Shown here piece after piece: positions 8,068 through 19,166 of a stretch of 61,607 nt of DNA. The notes beneath the pieces are model-generated. The model searched no databases, was not told the origin of the DNA, and was given only the letters and a program-made list of their open reading frames with translations. The stretch comes from Verrucomicrobiota bacterium (lineage in GTDB: Bacteria; Verrucomicrobiota; Verrucomicrobiia; Limisphaerales; UBA1096), in assembly GCA_018674955.1 (NCBI GenBank), contig JABGZB010000090.1, forward strand, positions 1-61,607, in the 5' to 3' direction. Within the stretch, counting starts at the first letter, position 1, and each line of letters starts with the position of its first letter. Position numbers and translations under genes: made by a program.

Positions 8068-9435
8068 TCACAGCAACCAACCTTTTCGATAGGGCGTGTG
8101 AAGAAATTCGTTGGCATCTGCGTGATCGAATTCGAATTTCTCCGCGTTCCAGTTCAGCTTCACCCCGGGCGTTCGCTGGGCGGCTACGCCGAGCAGCACC
8201 ATTTGAGTGAGCTGTCCGCCGTAGTCGGCAAAGTTGGAGCTGGCGGGATTGCCATCCTTGCAGGCGCGAAGCCAATCGCCCATGTGTCCGCCCCTAACGC
8301 GCGGAATCGTTTTCTCGGGGCGGACGAAACCTTTCATCCGGATTTCCGGAATGAGGCGAGCCCCACCCGCTCCGTGAGAACCGTGCAAAATAGTTTCCTT
8401 CTCGCCGTAGATCACCGCACCGCTTGCCGGTAGTTTTCGACCTTCCTCCAGCATGGGTGGGCGGGGAACCGTGTAGACCCCATCATGCCAGACCAGCTTC
8501 ATCGGGCAGAGTGTTCCACGTTGAGGAAACTCGTAGGTTACGGTGGCCGCTATGGGGTGGGCCTTACCGGCTAATTCAGGTTTGTGGTGTTTGACTTCAG
8601 CGGTGATGCTGCTGGGATTCATGAGGTCCAGCGCCCAGCATGCGGGATCCAGAATGTGACAACCCATATCGCCCAGCGCGCCAGTTCCGAAATCCAACCA
8701 GGCCCGCCACTTGAACGGATGATAGGCTGGACTGAACTTCCGATCCTGCGTCGGGCCGAGCCAGAGGTCCCAGTTGAGACTGTCGGGTACAGCAGGAAAG
8801 TCCGAGGGTAAATCTCGAGCGCCAAAGTTGGCGTACCAGGGGCCGTCGTCCGGACGATCGGTCCAGGCGTGCACTTCTTTGACATCGCCGATGGAACCGG
8901 ACTGAACCCACTCGCGGACGACACGGATGGCATCCGAGGAATGCCCTTGATTGCCCATCTGGGTCTGAACCTTGGACGCGCGTGCCGCAGCAGTAATCTT
9001 GCGCGCTTCCTCGACGGTGTGGGTCAGCGGTTTCTGGCAGTAGACATGCTTGCCCATCTCGATGGCTGCCATGGTGATGACTGCATGGGTATGATCCGGA
9101 GTCGCGATCACGACCGCGTCGATATCCTTCTGTTTTTCAAGCATTAGCCGATAGTCGACATACGTGGCTGCGTTGGGATGGGCTTTAAACGTTTTTCCCG
9201 CGTACGCGCTGTCGACATCACACAGGGCGACGACATTTTCCCCTTTGCAGGCTCCGATGTTGCCCCGCCCCATCCCGCCGATGCCGATGCCGGCAATGTT
9301 CAACTTTTCACTGGGCGGGGTCTTTCCGTTCGCCCCGACCACATGCCCGGGAACGATGGAAAAAACAGTGGCCGCGGTGGTACCGATTTTGATGAATGAC
9401 CGGCGTGATAGCTCTTTTTTACGTGTGTTTCTCAT
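8068..9435 (-). CDS. Gfo/Idh/MocA family oxidoreductase with TAT signal
   Basis: The leader is SRRSFIKIGTTAATV, and GIGGMGRGN and ATPDHTHA are present. It is a paralog of the genes at 1062-2393 and 42798-44084. Confidence 0.85.
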   Translation of the reverse strand: MRNTRKKELSRRSFIKIGTTAATVFSIVPGHVVGANGKTPPSEKLNIAGIGIGGMGRGNIGACKGENVVALCDVDSAYAGKTFKAHPNAATYVDYRLMLEKQKDIDAVVIATPDHTHAVITMAAIEMGKHVYCQKPLTHTVEEARKITAAARASKVQTQMGNQGHSSDAIRVVREWVQSGSIGDVKEVHAWTDRPDDGPWYANFGARDLPSDFPAVPDSLNWDLWLGPTQDRKFSPAYHPFKWRAWLDFGTGALGDMGCHILDPACWALDLMNPSSITAEVKHHKPELAGKAHPIAATVTYEFPQRGTLCPMKLVWHDGVYTVPRPPMLEEGRKLPASGAVIYGEKETILHGSHGAGGARLIPEIRMKGFVRPEKTIPRVRGGHMGDWLRACKDGNPASSNFADYGGQLTQMVLLGVAAQRTPGVKLNWNAEKFEFDHADANEFLHTPYRKGWLL

Positions 9436-10045
9436 ACTGTTTCTTCCTGTCGTTTTTTGGTGCTATTTCGTCTCTGGACCAATCCAGTGCTTCTGGATAA
9501 CCAGTCACCAATCGTAGGCGTGCCAAACGGCCATATTTTATGGCAAGAAAAGCTGATCCATCAGCGGCGACGCCACCATTGCCGATGGGGGAATCATCGT
9601 ATCTGTACTCGTGCACACGCTTTTTCTTTTCAAGGTCGTACAGGACGGTAAATAATTTGCCCGTCTTGACATCTCGGTCGTTAAAAAAGAACTGTGTTTC
9701 AGCTTTCAACGGGTTCCAATAAAACATGGTGCCCTGCTGGGGATTGCATGCGTGTGTTTTGTCTAACCGTACAATCTTGTTGTTCTGGTCGGTATCAATG
9801 ACAAACACAGTAGAGGCCTCATCAGGGTTCGGCATGCGATCGATTCTGTCTATTTCAAGGCCCAGCACATATCGTCCACTGGCGTTCCACGGAATCGTCT
9901 GGCATTGGCCGATGTAGCCAAAAAAATGATGCTTTTTGCCAGAATTCAGTTGCTCAACCTTCAAACTGATTAAGGGTTTTATTTCAGCATAATTTTTCAG
10001 GCAACCGACGACGCTAACAAACAAAATGGCTAATACTTTCATCAT
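9419..10045 (-). CDS. Hypothetical secreted protein, possibly a truncated beta-propeller family gene
   Basis: The start is MMKVLAILFVSVVG at 10045. The ORF ends 17 nt inside the start of the next gene and looks short for its family. No recognised catalytic motif. Confidence 0.4.
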   Translation of the reverse strand: MMKVLAILFVSVVGCLKNYAEIKPLISLKVEQLNSGKKHHFFGYIGQCQTIPWNASGRYVLGLEIDRIDRMPNPDEASTVFVIDTDQNNKIVRLDKTHACNPQQGTMFYWNPLKAETQFFFNDRDVKTGKLFTVLYDLEKKKRVHEYRYDDSPIGNGGVAADGSAFLAIKYGRLARLRLVTGYPEALDWSRDEIAPKNDRKKQYEKHT

Positions 10046-10139
10046 AGAATAATTGTTTATATTGTAAGTGAAAATATCTGGAAACAACTGTGCCCCACCA
10101 CCAGCAGCACGGCTGCGATTTTTGTGAGTAGGAGGTGTT

Positions 10140-10988
10140 TCATTTCTTTCGCTTCTGAGAGAACATCCACTCCATAAACCCATCTGTGAAGTACGCGAAG
10201 TCGTCAATAACATGACCTTGTGATTTGTATTCGTGATACCTGACGTCGGCGGCACCTGCATCCTTTAGGGCTTTGAAGCTGATGCGTGAGCCTTTGACCC
10301 CTTTATCGCCATCCCCGTTGAAAATCCAAATGGGGATTTGCTTGATGGCTTTTGCTTCTTCAGCATTTTGCGGGCCGTGGAAGTAGCCAGATAGTGGAGC
10401 AGCGGCTGCAAACTTGTTTGGAAATGCGCGGATAAAATTCCACGTACCCTGGCCTCCTCGAGAAAAACCGGTCAGGTAGAGCCGATCCACGTCTACGTTA
10501 GCGGTATTTGGATTATCATTCAGTTCAGCGACCATGTCATCAAGGGCGTTGATGGTCATCGTTCGATATTCGTCGCTCGACCAATTGTCCTCTTTCTTCC
10601 GATTACGAGGCACGAAAAGAATGTGCGGGTGGGCTTTTTGAATCTTTGGCAGCGACCACACCCCCTTGGGGAAACCTTTGTGCGTATCGATCGTAAGATC
10701 AGTATAGCCGTGAAGAAAAGTCACCACCGGATACTTCACACCGGCCTTGAGATGTTTCGGGACATAGAAGTGATAAGGCAGCCCGTTGTTGTGTTTCCGA
10801 TCTTCGTAAAGCGTATCGAGGTTCTTGATCGACCCTATCTCGTTTCTAATCGCCTTAAGCTTTTTGGTTTCTTCTACGGTTATAATTCTAGAAACACCGG
10901 GCTGAGCAATGGCTAGTTGCACCACAGTGCAACTGAAGATTAGGGCTAAATGAACTTTATTTCGGACATAACGTTTCTTGAGGTTCAT
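10140..10988 (-). CDS. alpha/beta hydrolase (carboxylesterase/dienelactone hydrolase-like), secreted
   Basis: There is a signal peptide, a GFSRGG nucleophile elbow, and C-terminal GDGD...H catalytic-type residues. Confidence 0.75.
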   Translation of the reverse strand: MNLKKRYVRNKVHLALIFSCTVVQLAIAQPGVSRIITVEETKKLKAIRNEIGSIKNLDTLYEDRKHNNGLPYHFYVPKHLKAGVKYPVVTFLHGYTDLTIDTHKGFPKGVWSLPKIQKAHPHILFVPRNRKKEDNWSSDEYRTMTINALDDMVAELNDNPNTANVDVDRLYLTGFSRGGQGTWNFIRAFPNKFAAAAPLSGYFHGPQNAEEAKAIKQIPIWIFNGDGDKGVKGSRISFKALKDAGAADVRYHEYKSQGHVIDDFAYFTDGFMEWMFSQKRKK

Positions 10989-11107
10989 TTTTTCTGCCTA
11001 GTGCTGCCTCGATTTTGGCCCGGGTAGTGGGCTTCAGGTCGGAGCATTGCATGGCCTATTGTAGTTGGGCGCGAAGCGCTGTGTCAAGGGACAGGGCGGT
11101 AGGGATG

Positions 11108-11134
11108 AAGGTTCGAGTCCTTTCAAGCGCACCA
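11108..11134 (+). repeat. Direct repeat of the tRNA-Leu 3' end (candidate att site / displaced tRNA 3' end)
   Basis: aaggttcgagtcctttcAagcgcacca matches positions 62-88 at 26/27 nt in the same orientation. It is followed by a T-run (attttttc). No complete cloverleaf can be drawn upstream of it. Confidence 0.6.
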
Positions 11135-11155
11135 TTTTTTCTTCCTTCAAGCTGC

Positions 11156-11167
11156 ACTTGGCCAAGC
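11156..11167. repeat. Iterated palindrome copy (aCTTGGCCAAGc), intergenic
   Basis: This is the first copy after the tRNA-fragment repeat. Confidence 0.9.
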
Positions 11168-11179
11168 GCAGAACACGAC

Positions 11180-11947
11180 TTACTGGCCGCCGAAGGCTGG
11201 GTTGAGCCAAGGCGTCCTTGCGTAAAACCAGAACGGTTTCATCGCCTCGACATGACCGTCGGAGAGCGAGTTGACACTGCGCCCGCCGTGACGCAGGTGC
11301 GGGCCGCCCCACCACGGGTTTCCAAGCCCGGTCATGCAGGAAGGGCAACCGGAGCCGTTGATCATCACGGCAGGATCGCCAATCATAAACGCGCCGAGCT
11401 TGGTGGTTGAATTCACATCGACACTCGGGTTTTTGCTGGCGTTGGCCTGCACGCCGGAGTCCACGAGGTACACCACTTTCGAGTGGTTCTTCACGCTGGA
11501 ATCCTTGGTGTGTACATAATTGACCCAGTGGCTCAACTCGCCTCCAAGCACGTGGTTCATCGCGTAGTCGGTCGCTACGGGATAGGGGAAGGGCGTGCCG
11601 CCGACGTGGGTGGTCTTGATGCGTTTGCCCTTGCGCGATGGGCAAACGAGGATGTTGGTCGTGTTCAGGTACGGATCAAGCAACTCGTACCAAGTGTGGA
11701 ACACTTTTGAAAAGGGCGGGTGGACGAAGATCACGACGTTTTTGTCTTCGTTGTCGGAAGTGTACATTTTGCCGGCGAGGAGGATCTGCTTGTTGTTGTT
11801 GACGCAGTACGCCTCGTGCGCCTTGGACTTGGCCTTGGCCAATGCCGGCAGCAGCATGGCGGCCAGGATCGCAATGATCGCAATGACTACCAGCAGTTCG
11901 ATCAACGTAAATGCCGCCGGCCTTTGGGGTTTCATTTTAGTCTTCAT
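11180..11947 (-). CDS. Prepilin-type N-terminal cleavage/methylation domain protein, DUF1559 / H-X9-DG family
   Basis: The N-terminus contains [25 protein letters not shown]. The C-terminal [13 protein letters not shown] fits H-X9-DG. Confidence 0.8.
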   Translation of the reverse strand: MKTKMKPQRPAAFTLIELLVVIAIIAILAAMLLPALAKAKSKAHEAYCVNNNKQILLAGKMYTSDNEDKNVVIFVHPPFSKVFHTWYELLDPYLNTTNILVCPSRKGKRIKTTHVGGTPFPYPVATDYAMNHVLGGELSHWVNYVHTKDSSVKNHSKVVYLVDSGVQANASKNPSVDVNSTTKLGAFMIGDPAVMINGSGCPSCMTGLGNPWWGGPHLRHGGRSVNSLSDGHVEAMKPFWFYARTPWLNPAFGGQ

Positions 11948-11980
11948 GGGAATTGTTACATCATACTGTTTGCACCCAGG

Positions 11981-12736
11981 CTAATTCGACGGTCTTCGCG
12001 GTCCATCGAACAAGAAGGTCCAGTTCGGTCCATTTTGAAAATCCGGTTTGTCGTATGCGGCTCGAAAATAATCAATGTGGTTATCGAGAAAAGCCACGTT
12101 ACCCCACCCGGGTTCGGAATCGTGATGCCAAAGGCTGTATTGAAAGGGTTTGTTAGTGGGTCCCGGAACCTCCTGTTGCCATCCGTAGGCGCAGACCGAA
12201 TAGTCGTTGGCTAAAATGACCTGAGACGGTGCGCGAATCTGACTCATCTTTTTGCCGTGGAGTCCGTTGGATCCATTGGAGTTGCCGCCACTGTTGTAAA
12301 AATAACTGTTACCGAATGTGTCAAATAAGCTGGGTTTGCGCTTGGCACCCCACCGGCCCGGTGTGGCTCCGTCATCCCTCGGGCATTTGAAAATTCGGAA
12401 GACTCCCTCGTTGTCGTCTTGTTTGACCTTTCGGTTAATTGTGACATACGGATTAATCATCCGTTCCTGGGCCAAGTATTCCGTTCCTCGTTTGCCTCCC
12501 CAAGAATAATAGGACAACACGGGGCCGCCTTTATGGGAAGGTAGTCCGTCTTCGTTGTCATCGACGTAAAGAAGTGTGGCCAAGGATTGCTGGAGAAGTT
12601 GACTGGAACAAGCCGCGCGTTGGGCCGTTTTCTTTGTGGACGCCAACGCCGGCAGCAGCATCGCAGCCAAAATCGCAATGATCGCGATGACCACCAGCAA
12701 CTCTATCAGCGTGAAGGCTCCAGTTTTTTTTATCAT
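11981..12736 (-). CDS. Prepilin-type N-terminal cleavage/methylation domain protein, DUF1559-like
   Basis: [32 protein letters not shown] chose the internal ATG at 12736. Confidence 0.8.
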   Translation of the reverse strand: MIKKTGAFTLIELLVVIAIIAILAAMLLPALASTKKTAQRAACSSQLLQQSLATLLYVDDNEDGLPSHKGGPVLSYYSWGGKRGTEYLAQERMINPYVTINRKVKQDDNEGVFRIFKCPRDDGATPGRWGAKRKPSLFDTFGNSYFYNSGGNSNGSNGLHGKKMSQIRAPSQVILANDYSVCAYGWQQEVPGPTNKPFQYSLWHHDSEPGWGNVAFLDNHIDYFRAAYDKPDFQNGPNWTFLFDGPRRPSN

Positions 12737-12831
12737 CAGCGGCCCCGCAAAAGACTCAACACCGCCCCAAAGTTCAAGCCCTATTTGGTCGTGCCCCAAA
12801 ATGGCCCGAGTTGTTGACGGCTCCCGGACGG

Positions 12832-14307
12832 TCACTTCACGCCGTGACGGCGTAGGTGTTCCTCGAACCAGGCATTGACGGCGCCGCTCCGGACCGACGG
12901 GTGGTACGGGGCTTCCTCGGTGGGTAGTTCCCTACGGAATTGCTTGAGCAACTTGGCGTATTCGGGACGGGCCGCAAGGTTGATCCACTCGTTGGGATCG
13001 TCGGCGTGGTCGTAGAATTCCTCGGAGCCATCCTCAAAGCGCAGGTAGCGGTGGCGCTCGGAGCGCAATGAATGATTGCCGCGGGCGTAGGTGGTCAGCG
13101 TGGCAAACCGCCAGTCCGCCAAGGGATTCCTGAGCAACGGAACCAAGCTCTCCCCCTGGTTGCTCTTCTTCGCGGGCAAACCGCATATCTCGAGCATCGT
13201 CGGATAAAGGTCGATCAACCCGACCGGCTTGGAGCAAAGCTGCCCCGCTTTACCGAACTGCTTGCCCTGCGACTTGGCCGGGACGATGACGAGAGGCACC
13301 CGCGCCGATTCCTCCCACAGGCTGTGCTTGCTCACGCGATCCTTTTCACCGAGATGGTAGCCGTGATCGCTGAACAGAACGACGACGGTATCGCCACCAT
13401 GCGGCCCCTTGTCCAGGGCGTCGAGTACGCGGCCAACCTGGTGGTCCACGAAGGCCACACAAGCCAGGTAGGCTTGGACGCATTTGCGAAACTGCTCGTT
13501 GTCGTTCGTCTGTAGAAAGGCGAGTCTGGGGTACTTCGGTAGTTCATGGATGCGGCGGCTGATCTCGGGGACGTCGAGCAGATCGTCATTGCGGACAGGC
13601 GGCAACATCACGTCATCCAGGGGAAAAAGGTCGAACCACTTTTGGGGGACGTAGAACGGGACGTGCGGCCGAATAAAACCAACGGCGAGGAAGAACGGCT
13701 CCTTGCTCTCCCCGGCGAGGCGTTCCACGGCCCAGTCGGCCGACTTGTGGTCGCTCATGTCGTCGTCCTTCTCGGGAAAGGCACCCCAGTCGGTCTGGGT
13801 GCCTGTCCACGGCACGTCGGGCAAATGGTAGTTGAAACGCCTCCCGCCGGACGGCTTGGGGCCGGAGCCGTCGAACTTGCTGCCATAGGAATCAAAAGCC
13901 AGCTTGGCCGGATACCCGTGGGTGATCTTGCCGACCGCCAACGTGCGGTAACCATGATCGGCGAAGCAATGCGAAACCATCTGGCCGTGGAAGAAGGTCT
14001 TGTCCTGCTCCATGGCCTTGCCCGCGGGCTGTTGGTAGACACCCGTGACATGGGGATAGTAACCGGAAAGGAGCGACGCGCGAGACGGCCCGCAGATAGG
14101 CCCTTGGCAATGGGCGTTGACGAACAAGGTGCCCCGCTTGGCCAAGCGGTCGATGTTTGGGGTGCGGGCCTGCGGATGCCCATCGAGACAGCCGACCCAA
14201 TCGTTGAGATCATCGATGGCGATGAAGAGCACGTTCGGCTTGGCCAAGGAGTGGGCGGCGGCAGTCAGGCACAGCGCGAGCATGACGGTAAACTTTCGAC
14301 AAGTCAT
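12832..14307 (-). CDS. Sulfatase (formylglycine-dependent arylsulfatase family)
   Basis: There is a signal peptide, the motif [11 protein letters not shown], and [11 protein letters not shown], which is the C-x-P-x-R sulfatase signature. Confidence 0.9.
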   Translation of the reverse strand: MTCRKFTVMLALCLTAAAHSLAKPNVLFIAIDDLNDWVGCLDGHPQARTPNIDRLAKRGTLFVNAHCQGPICGPSRASLLSGYYPHVTGVYQQPAGKAMEQDKTFFHGQMVSHCFADHGYRTLAVGKITHGYPAKLAFDSYGSKFDGSGPKPSGGRRFNYHLPDVPWTGTQTDWGAFPEKDDDMSDHKSADWAVERLAGESKEPFFLAVGFIRPHVPFYVPQKWFDLFPLDDVMLPPVRNDDLLDVPEISRRIHELPKYPRLAFLQTNDNEQFRKCVQAYLACVAFVDHQVGRVLDALDKGPHGGDTVVVLFSDHGYHLGEKDRVSKHSLWEESARVPLVIVPAKSQGKQFGKAGQLCSKPVGLIDLYPTMLEICGLPAKKSNQGESLVPLLRNPLADWRFATLTTYARGNHSLRSERHRYLRFEDGSEEFYDHADDPNEWINLAARPEYAKLLKQFRRELPTEEAPYHPSVRSGAVNAWFEEHLRRHGVK

Positions 14308-14443
14308 TTGCTTGGTCAGCAGACGGTGCGCGCGGCCAAGCCGGCTTTCAAGTTTTCAGTTGCACGATTGCTCCGGCGTTTCTGCTGGCCAAGCGGGGGG
14401 TCTTCGGAAAGACTGCCGCCCTCCGAGGCGGCCAGTGAGCAGC

Positions 14444-15727
14444 TTGAATATTGTCCAGATAACCCCCGGCGCCGGGGGCATGTATTGCGGAAACTGTTTC
14501 CGCGACAACGCCCTCGTGGCGCAGCTCAGGCGGATGGGCCACCATGCGCTGATGGTTCCGCTGTACCTCCCGCTCACGCTGGATGAGGCGGACCAAAGCG
14601 AGGGCACGCCGCTCTTCTTCAGCGGGCTTAATGTCTATCTCGCGCAGAAGTTCAACTGTTTCCAAAAAGCGCCGAACTGGCTCCGAAAATGGTTAACCTC
14701 CGGATGGCTACTCAAATGGATTGGCAACTTCGCCGGCAAGACCCGTGGCGCAGAAGTCGGCGATCTGATGCTCTCGATGATGCGCGGCGAGGCGGGCAAC
14801 CAGGCGCGTGAACTCGAGCAGCTTATCGTCTGGCTCAAGGAACACGAGCAACCGGATGTCATCTGCCTGTCCAATGCGTTAATCGCCGGCCTGGCGAAGC
14901 GTATGAGGCAGGAGATTCGCGTGCCAGTAGTCTGCCTGCTAGAGGGCGAGGATGCGTTTCTCGACTCGCTGCCCAGCCCGCAGCGCGAGGACACTTGGGC
15001 CGAGCTTCGTGAGCGCATTGCTGATATCGACCTGTTCATCGCGCCGACCCGCTATTACGCAGACACCATGGCCCAGCGCGCCGGAATCCCCGCCGACAAG
15101 CTCGGGCACATCCATAACGGCATCAACCTCGACGGCTTTGAGCCAAGCGCCCTGCCGGACGACCCGCCGGTGCTCGGCTACTTTGCCCGCATGTGCCCGG
15201 AGAAGGGACTCGACACGCTCGTCGATGCGTTCATCCGTTTGAAGCAAACCGACCAAGTGCCGGGGCTCAAGCTGGCCATCGGCGGCGGCTGCCAACCGTG
15301 TGACGAGGCTTTCGTCAGAGAACAAAAGCAGCGGCTCCGTGATGCCGGTCTGCTCGGCGACGCGAAATTCAACCCGAACCTCGACCGCGACGCGAAGCTG
15401 GCGTTTTACCGCAAACTCACCGTGCTCAGCGTCCCGGCGACATACGGCGAGGCGTTCGGCCTGTACGTGGTCGAGGCGATGGCCAGCGGCGTGCCTGTCG
15501 TGGCGCCTGACCACGCCAGTTTCCCCGAGTTGATTGAACAAAACCAAGCCGGCGTGATCTGCGAAAAAGGCAGCGCCGCCGCCTTGGCCGATGCAATCGG
15601 GCAGTTGCTGCTCGACCGCGAGCGCTTGGCCAAGTGCGCCGCCGCCGGCCGCCAAACCGCCGTGCAAACCCACAACATCGAGCGCATGGCCGAGTCGTTC
15701 ATCGCCCGCCTGGCCAAGCTGACCTGA
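14444..15727 (+). CDS. Glycosyltransferase family 4 (group 1)
   Basis: From the TTG start at 14444 the protein begins (L/M)[21 protein letters not shown]. The C-terminal [18 protein letters not shown] is the GT1/GT4 E-x7-E region. The longer ORF-track start at 14117 overlaps the sulfatase gene. Confidence 0.8.
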   Translation: MNIVQITPGAGGMYCGNCFRDNALVAQLRRMGHHALMVPLYLPLTLDEADQSEGTPLFFSGLNVYLAQKFNCFQKAPNWLRKWLTSGWLLKWIGNFAGKTRGAEVGDLMLSMMRGEAGNQARELEQLIVWLKEHEQPDVICLSNALIAGLAKRMRQEIRVPVVCLLEGEDAFLDSLPSPQREDTWAELRERIADIDLFIAPTRYYADTMAQRAGIPADKLGHIHNGINLDGFEPSALPDDPPVLGYFARMCPEKGLDTLVDAFIRLKQTDQVPGLKLAIGGGCQPCDEAFVREQKQRLRDAGLLGDAKFNPNLDRDAKLAFYRKLTVLSVPATYGEAFGLYVVEAMASGVPVVAPDHASFPELIEQNQAGVICEKGSAAALADAIGQLLLDRERLAKCAAAGRQTAVQTHNIERMAESFIARLAKLT

Positions 15728-15776
15728 ATGTTTTCCCGCTTTGCCGCTCGGCAGTCTGGCCGTAAGATCGGCCGCC

Positions 15777-18011
15777 GTGAAAAGGCTCCGACCCACCTTG
15801 ACCCTATTGAGCGCCGCACTGGCTGGCTTGGCATCGACCGGCTGCCAGCCAAGCGCCGCGACCGATGATACCCCCGCCGCGACGGCGGAAGCCAAGCCCG
15901 CCACACCCCAGCTCACCGAAACCGTGACCGAACCCAAGCCACCCCAAGAGGAAGCCAAACCGAAACACACCAACCGTCTCGCCAATGAGGCGTCGCCTTA
16001 CTTGCAGCAACACCAACACAACCCGGTCGATTGGTACGCCTGGGGCGAAGAGGCATTCAAAAAAGCGCGCGACGAGCAGAAGCCGATCCTGCTGAGCATC
16101 GGCTATTCGACCTGCCACTGGTGCCACGTGATGGAGCGCGAGTCGTTTGAGGACGAAGCGACCGCCAAGGTGATGAACGAGCATTTCATCAATATCAAGC
16201 TCGACCGCGAGGAGCGGCCCGACGTGGACAAAATCTACATGACCTTCGTGCAGGCCACGACCGGCAGCGGCGGCTGGCCGCTCAACGTCTGGCTCACGCC
16301 CGACCTCAAGCCATTTTACGGCGGCACCTACTTTCCGCCAGAGGCCAAGTTCGGCAAACCAAGCTTCACCGATGTGCTACGGCAGATCGCTGATGCGTGG
16401 AAGACACAGCGAACGGAGATCCTCAACTCAGCCAACGACATCAGCCAGCGCATCGGTGAAAGCATCGCGCTGAAAGCCAAGGCCAACATCAAACTTGATC
16501 CGCTCTGGCTGGATAAAGCGGTCGGCCAGTTCAAGTCGCAATACGATCCGCGCTTCGGCGGCTTCGGCAACGCGCCCAAGTTCCCCCGGCCCAGCCTGCC
16601 GCTGATGCTGCTGCGCCACGCCCACCGCACCGGCGACCAAGACGGCGTCCGCATGGTGCTGCACACTTGCGACCAAATGGCGGCCGGCGGCATGTACGAC
16701 CAGCTCGGCGGCGGCTTCGCCCGATACTCCGTCGACGAAAAATGGCTCGTGCCACATTTCGAGAAAATGCTCTACGACAATGCGCAGTTGCTCCACCTCT
16801 ACCTCGACGCCCACCTCATCAGCGGCGAGAAAAAGCACGCCGACGTCGCACGCGACATCCTCCGCTACATCCTGCGCGACATGCGCCACAAGGACGGCGG
16901 CTTCTACTCCGCCGAGGACGCCGACAGCGAAGGCAAGGAGGGCAAATTCTACTGCTGGACCGAGGCCGAACTGAAGACGCTGCTCACGCCGGAGGAGTTC
17001 GCTTTGGCCAAGCGACGCTACGGCATCACGCTCCACGGCAACTTCGAGGACCACAGCGACCCCGACCCGCTCAAGAATCAGAACGTCCTCAGCATCGTCG
17101 ATCCCCAGCTCAGCGACACCGAGCGAAAGCTGCTCGACTCGGCCACCAAAAAAATGTTCGACGTCCGGGCCAAGCGCGTGCGACCGCACCTCGACGACAA
17201 GATTCTCTCGTCTTGGAACGGCCTCATGCTCGGCGCGATCGCCCGTGCTGCAGTCGTGCTCAACGAGCCGAAATACCTTGAAGCCGCCGAGGCGAATCTT
17301 GCGTTTTTGCGGCGCGAACTGTGGGACGCCGAAAGCAAGACACTCTACCATCGCTGGCGCGACGGCAAACGTGATGACGTGCAGTTGCTCGACGCCTACG
17401 CCTTCCTGCTCGACGGCGTGCTGCACCTTTACGAAGCCACGCTTGAGCCGAAACATTTGCAGTTCACCATCGAACTCGCCGGCACGATGAAGGCCAAGTT
17501 TTACGACGAGGCCAACGGCGGCTTTTGGCAGAGCGTCCACACCAAAAACCTCATCATGAAGGTTAAGGAGGACTACGACGGCGCCGTGCCCTCCGGCAAC
17601 TCGGTCGCCGCGCTCGCGCTGCTTCGGCTCGGGAAAATCACCGAACAAAAGGAGTTCACCAACATGGCCGAAAAGTCGCTGCTGCTCTTCAGCGACAACA
17701 TGACCAACGGCCCAAGCGCCGTGCCGTACCTTTTGCAGGCGCTCGACTTCCTCGTGCACGAACCGCGCCGCGCCGTGATCACCGGCGACCCCAAGTCAGC
17801 CGAGGCGCGCGACCTCATCGCCGCCGCACACGCCGCCTATCAACCGAACAAAGTCGTGCTCGGCGTCACCGGGCCGGTGGAGGAATTCGCCAAAACATTG
17901 CCGGAGGAAAAAGTGTCGGCCGTGTACCTCTGCACCGGCACCGCCTGCCAACCGCCGACGAGCGACTCACTCAAACTGCGCGAAATGATGGCCTCGAAAA
18001 CGCTGCCGTAA
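15777..18011 (+). CDS. Thioredoxin-domain protein of the DUF255/YyaL family (N-terminal Trx-like plus six-hairpin glycosidase-like domain), probable lipoprotein
   Basis: [35 protein letters not shown] matches the family. The GTG start at 15777 gives the lipobox [10 protein letters not shown] start at 15741 is also possible. Confidence 0.85.
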   Translation: MKRLRPTLTLLSAALAGLASTGCQPSAATDDTPAATAEAKPATPQLTETVTEPKPPQEEAKPKHTNRLANEASPYLQQHQHNPVDWYAWGEEAFKKARDEQKPILLSIGYSTCHWCHVMERESFEDEATAKVMNEHFINIKLDREERPDVDKIYMTFVQATTGSGGWPLNVWLTPDLKPFYGGTYFPPEAKFGKPSFTDVLRQIADAWKTQRTEILNSANDISQRIGESIALKAKANIKLDPLWLDKAVGQFKSQYDPRFGGFGNAPKFPRPSLPLMLLRHAHRTGDQDGVRMVLHTCDQMAAGGMYDQLGGGFARYSVDEKWLVPHFEKMLYDNAQLLHLYLDAHLISGEKKHADVARDILRYILRDMRHKDGGFYSAEDADSEGKEGKFYCWTEAELKTLLTPEEFALAKRRYGITLHGNFEDHSDPDPLKNQNVLSIVDPQLSDTERKLLDSATKKMFDVRAKRVRPHLDDKILSSWNGLMLGAIARAAVVLNEPKYLEAAEANLAFLRRELWDAESKTLYHRWRDGKRDDVQLLDAYAFLLDGVLHLYEATLEPKHLQFTIELAGTMKAKFYDEANGGFWQSVHTKNLIMKVKEDYDGAVPSGNSVAALALLRLGKITEQKEFTNMAEKSLLLFSDNMTNGPSAVPYLLQALDFLVHEPRRAVITGDPKSAEARDLIAAAHAAYQPNKVVLGVTGPVEEFAKTLPEEKVSAVYLCTGTACQPPTSDSLKLREMMASKTLP

Positions 18012-18018
18012 CCGACGC

Positions 18019-18032
18019 CGCTTGGCCAAGCG
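18019..18032. repeat. Iterated palindrome copy CGCTTGGCCAAGCG, intergenic
   Basis: It lies between the yyaL-like stop (18011) and the next start (18042). Confidence 0.9.
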
Positions 18033-18041
18033 ACCAACCCC

Positions 18042-18683
18042 ATGCACTGCATCGTCACCGCCGGACCAACTTATGAGCCGATCGACCAGGTTCGCCGGTT
18101 GACCAACCACTCGACCGGCCAACTCGGCACCGGCCTGGCCAAGCGCTTGGCCGCCAACGGACACGAGGTAACCCTGCTGCGCGGCCGCTCAGCCACCCAC
18201 ACAAAACAGCTTGAGGGCGTTGAGCTTAAACAATTTACAACAACAGCAGACTTGGCTGATAAACTGAAGCACTCGACCAAAGTTGACGCAGTTTTTCACG
18301 CGGCCGCCGTGAGCGACTTTGCCGTTGGCCAGATTTTTCGACGCGCCGCCGACGGCCAACTCAAGCCGCTGAACGTGGGCAAACACAGCACCCGCGATGG
18401 CGACATGCTGCTCGAGCTTAAGCCGACGCCGAAGATCATCGCCAACCTGCGCGAGTGGTTTGCGGTAGCATTTTTGGTGGGCTGGAAGTACGAGGTCGAT
18501 GGCGACCGCGACTCGGCGCTTGGCCGGGGGCGAACGCAGATTTCAGAAAACCAAACCAACGGCTGCGTCGTAAACGGCCCAGCTTATGGCAACGGTTTCG
18601 GGTGGCTGTCAAACAATCACCCAGCGGAGCACTTGGCTGATAAAGCGGAGTTGTTCAGCAAACTGGCCGGCTTGGCCAAGTAG
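18042..18683 (+). CDS. Stand-alone CoaB-like protein (phosphopantothenate-cysteine ligase / DFP C-terminal domain family)
   Basis: The N-terminus is MHCIVTAGPTYEPIDQVRRLTNHSTGQLG and AAVSDF is present. There is no CoaC half. Confidence 0.7.
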   Translation: MHCIVTAGPTYEPIDQVRRLTNHSTGQLGTGLAKRLAANGHEVTLLRGRSATHTKQLEGVELKQFTTTADLADKLKHSTKVDAVFHAAAVSDFAVGQIFRRAADGQLKPLNVGKHSTRDGDMLLELKPTPKIIANLREWFAVAFLVGWKYEVDGDRDSALGRGRTQISENQTNGCVVNGPAYGNGFGWLSNNHPAEHLADKAELFSKLAGLAK

Positions 18684-18689
18684 CCGCGA

Positions 18690-19157
18690 TCAGCGCGGCA
18701 TCGTTTCCTGCATCTCTTGCAATATCCGGGAGAACTCGCCACTGCTGAAAACCCAGATGAGACTGATCAAGCCCAGCACAAAACTCAGGAGGCACATCAG
18801 CTTGGCCTTGGACGCAGCGGCCGCTGCGCCGTCAATGTCGCCCTGTTGCACCTTGGAGTTGGCCTGGACGGCAAACAGGATTCCAGCAATGCCAAACGGC
18901 AGACAGCAAAAGAGGGTGCAGAGAATCGCCGGGACGAGGTAGTTGATTTGGAGCGTGCCCCTTGGCCGGGCGGCTGCCGTCCTGGGAAGTGCACCCGCAA
19001 CGTCAGGCAGATCTCGAAGTTTGATCCACTGGCTGCCATCCACCTGACAAACCAGCGTGTCGGCATCGGCTCGGCCCTCGTCGATCCATTCGCGGATTTC
19101 GTCGATATCCACCGGGCCGTATTCCCGTGAGTCTGATCCGATTATTTTGTAGGGCAT
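18690..19157 (-). CDS. GYF_2 (DUF4339) domain fused to CD225/dispanin membrane domain
   Basis: The N-terminal part EYGPVDIDEIREWIDEGRADADTLVCQVDGSQWIKLRDLPDV is GYF_2-like. The C-terminal part NYLVPAILCTLFCCLPFGIAGILFAVQ is CD225-like. Confidence 0.6.
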   Translation of the reverse strand: MPYKIIGSDSREYGPVDIDEIREWIDEGRADADTLVCQVDGSQWIKLRDLPDVAGALPRTAAARPRGTLQINYLVPAILCTLFCCLPFGIAGILFAVQANSKVQQGDIDGAAAAASKAKLMCLLSFVLGLISLIWVFSSGEFSRILQEMQETMPR

Positions 19158-19166
19158 GGAATTGGC

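Noticed and set aside
11015-11134. The possibility that the distal tRNA-like sequence is a complete second tRNA or the 3' end of a tmRNA.
   Set aside because: Only the T-arm and the 3' acceptor strand are present. The best 5' partner (GCGCTGT) pairs at 5 of 7 positions and would give a molecule of about 60 nt with no D-arm. There is no tmRNA-like tag ORF or pseudoknot region within reach.
14117-14443. N-terminal extensions offered by the ORF track. Cases are 14117 for the GT4 gene, 42585 for the Gfo gene, 29473 for fur, 34426 for sufS, 29997 for sufB, 24767 for the protease, 39465 for murJ and 56590 for serS.
   Set aside because: The extensions overlap neighbouring genes or lack similarity to the family N-terminus. 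Internal starts give canonical N-termini or signal peptides and tight operon spacing.
13546-17759. Long ORFs overlapping real genes in other frames or on the opposite strand. Examples here are 13546-14586(+), 14939-15985(-) and 16428-17759(-). Elsewhere they include 6954-7660(+), 23349-24638(+), 25223-25891(-), 26505-27779(-), 29691-30782(-), 34576-35601(-), 47058-48662(+), 54894-55907(+) and 56920-57924(-).
   Set aside because: They lie antisense to, or out of frame with, genes carrying strong family motifs (sulfatase, GT4, YyaL, hrpB, sufB, sufS, serS and others). Their translations are Arg/Ala/Gly/Pro-rich low-complexity strings typical of shadow ORFs in high-GC DNA. None shows a recognisable motif.
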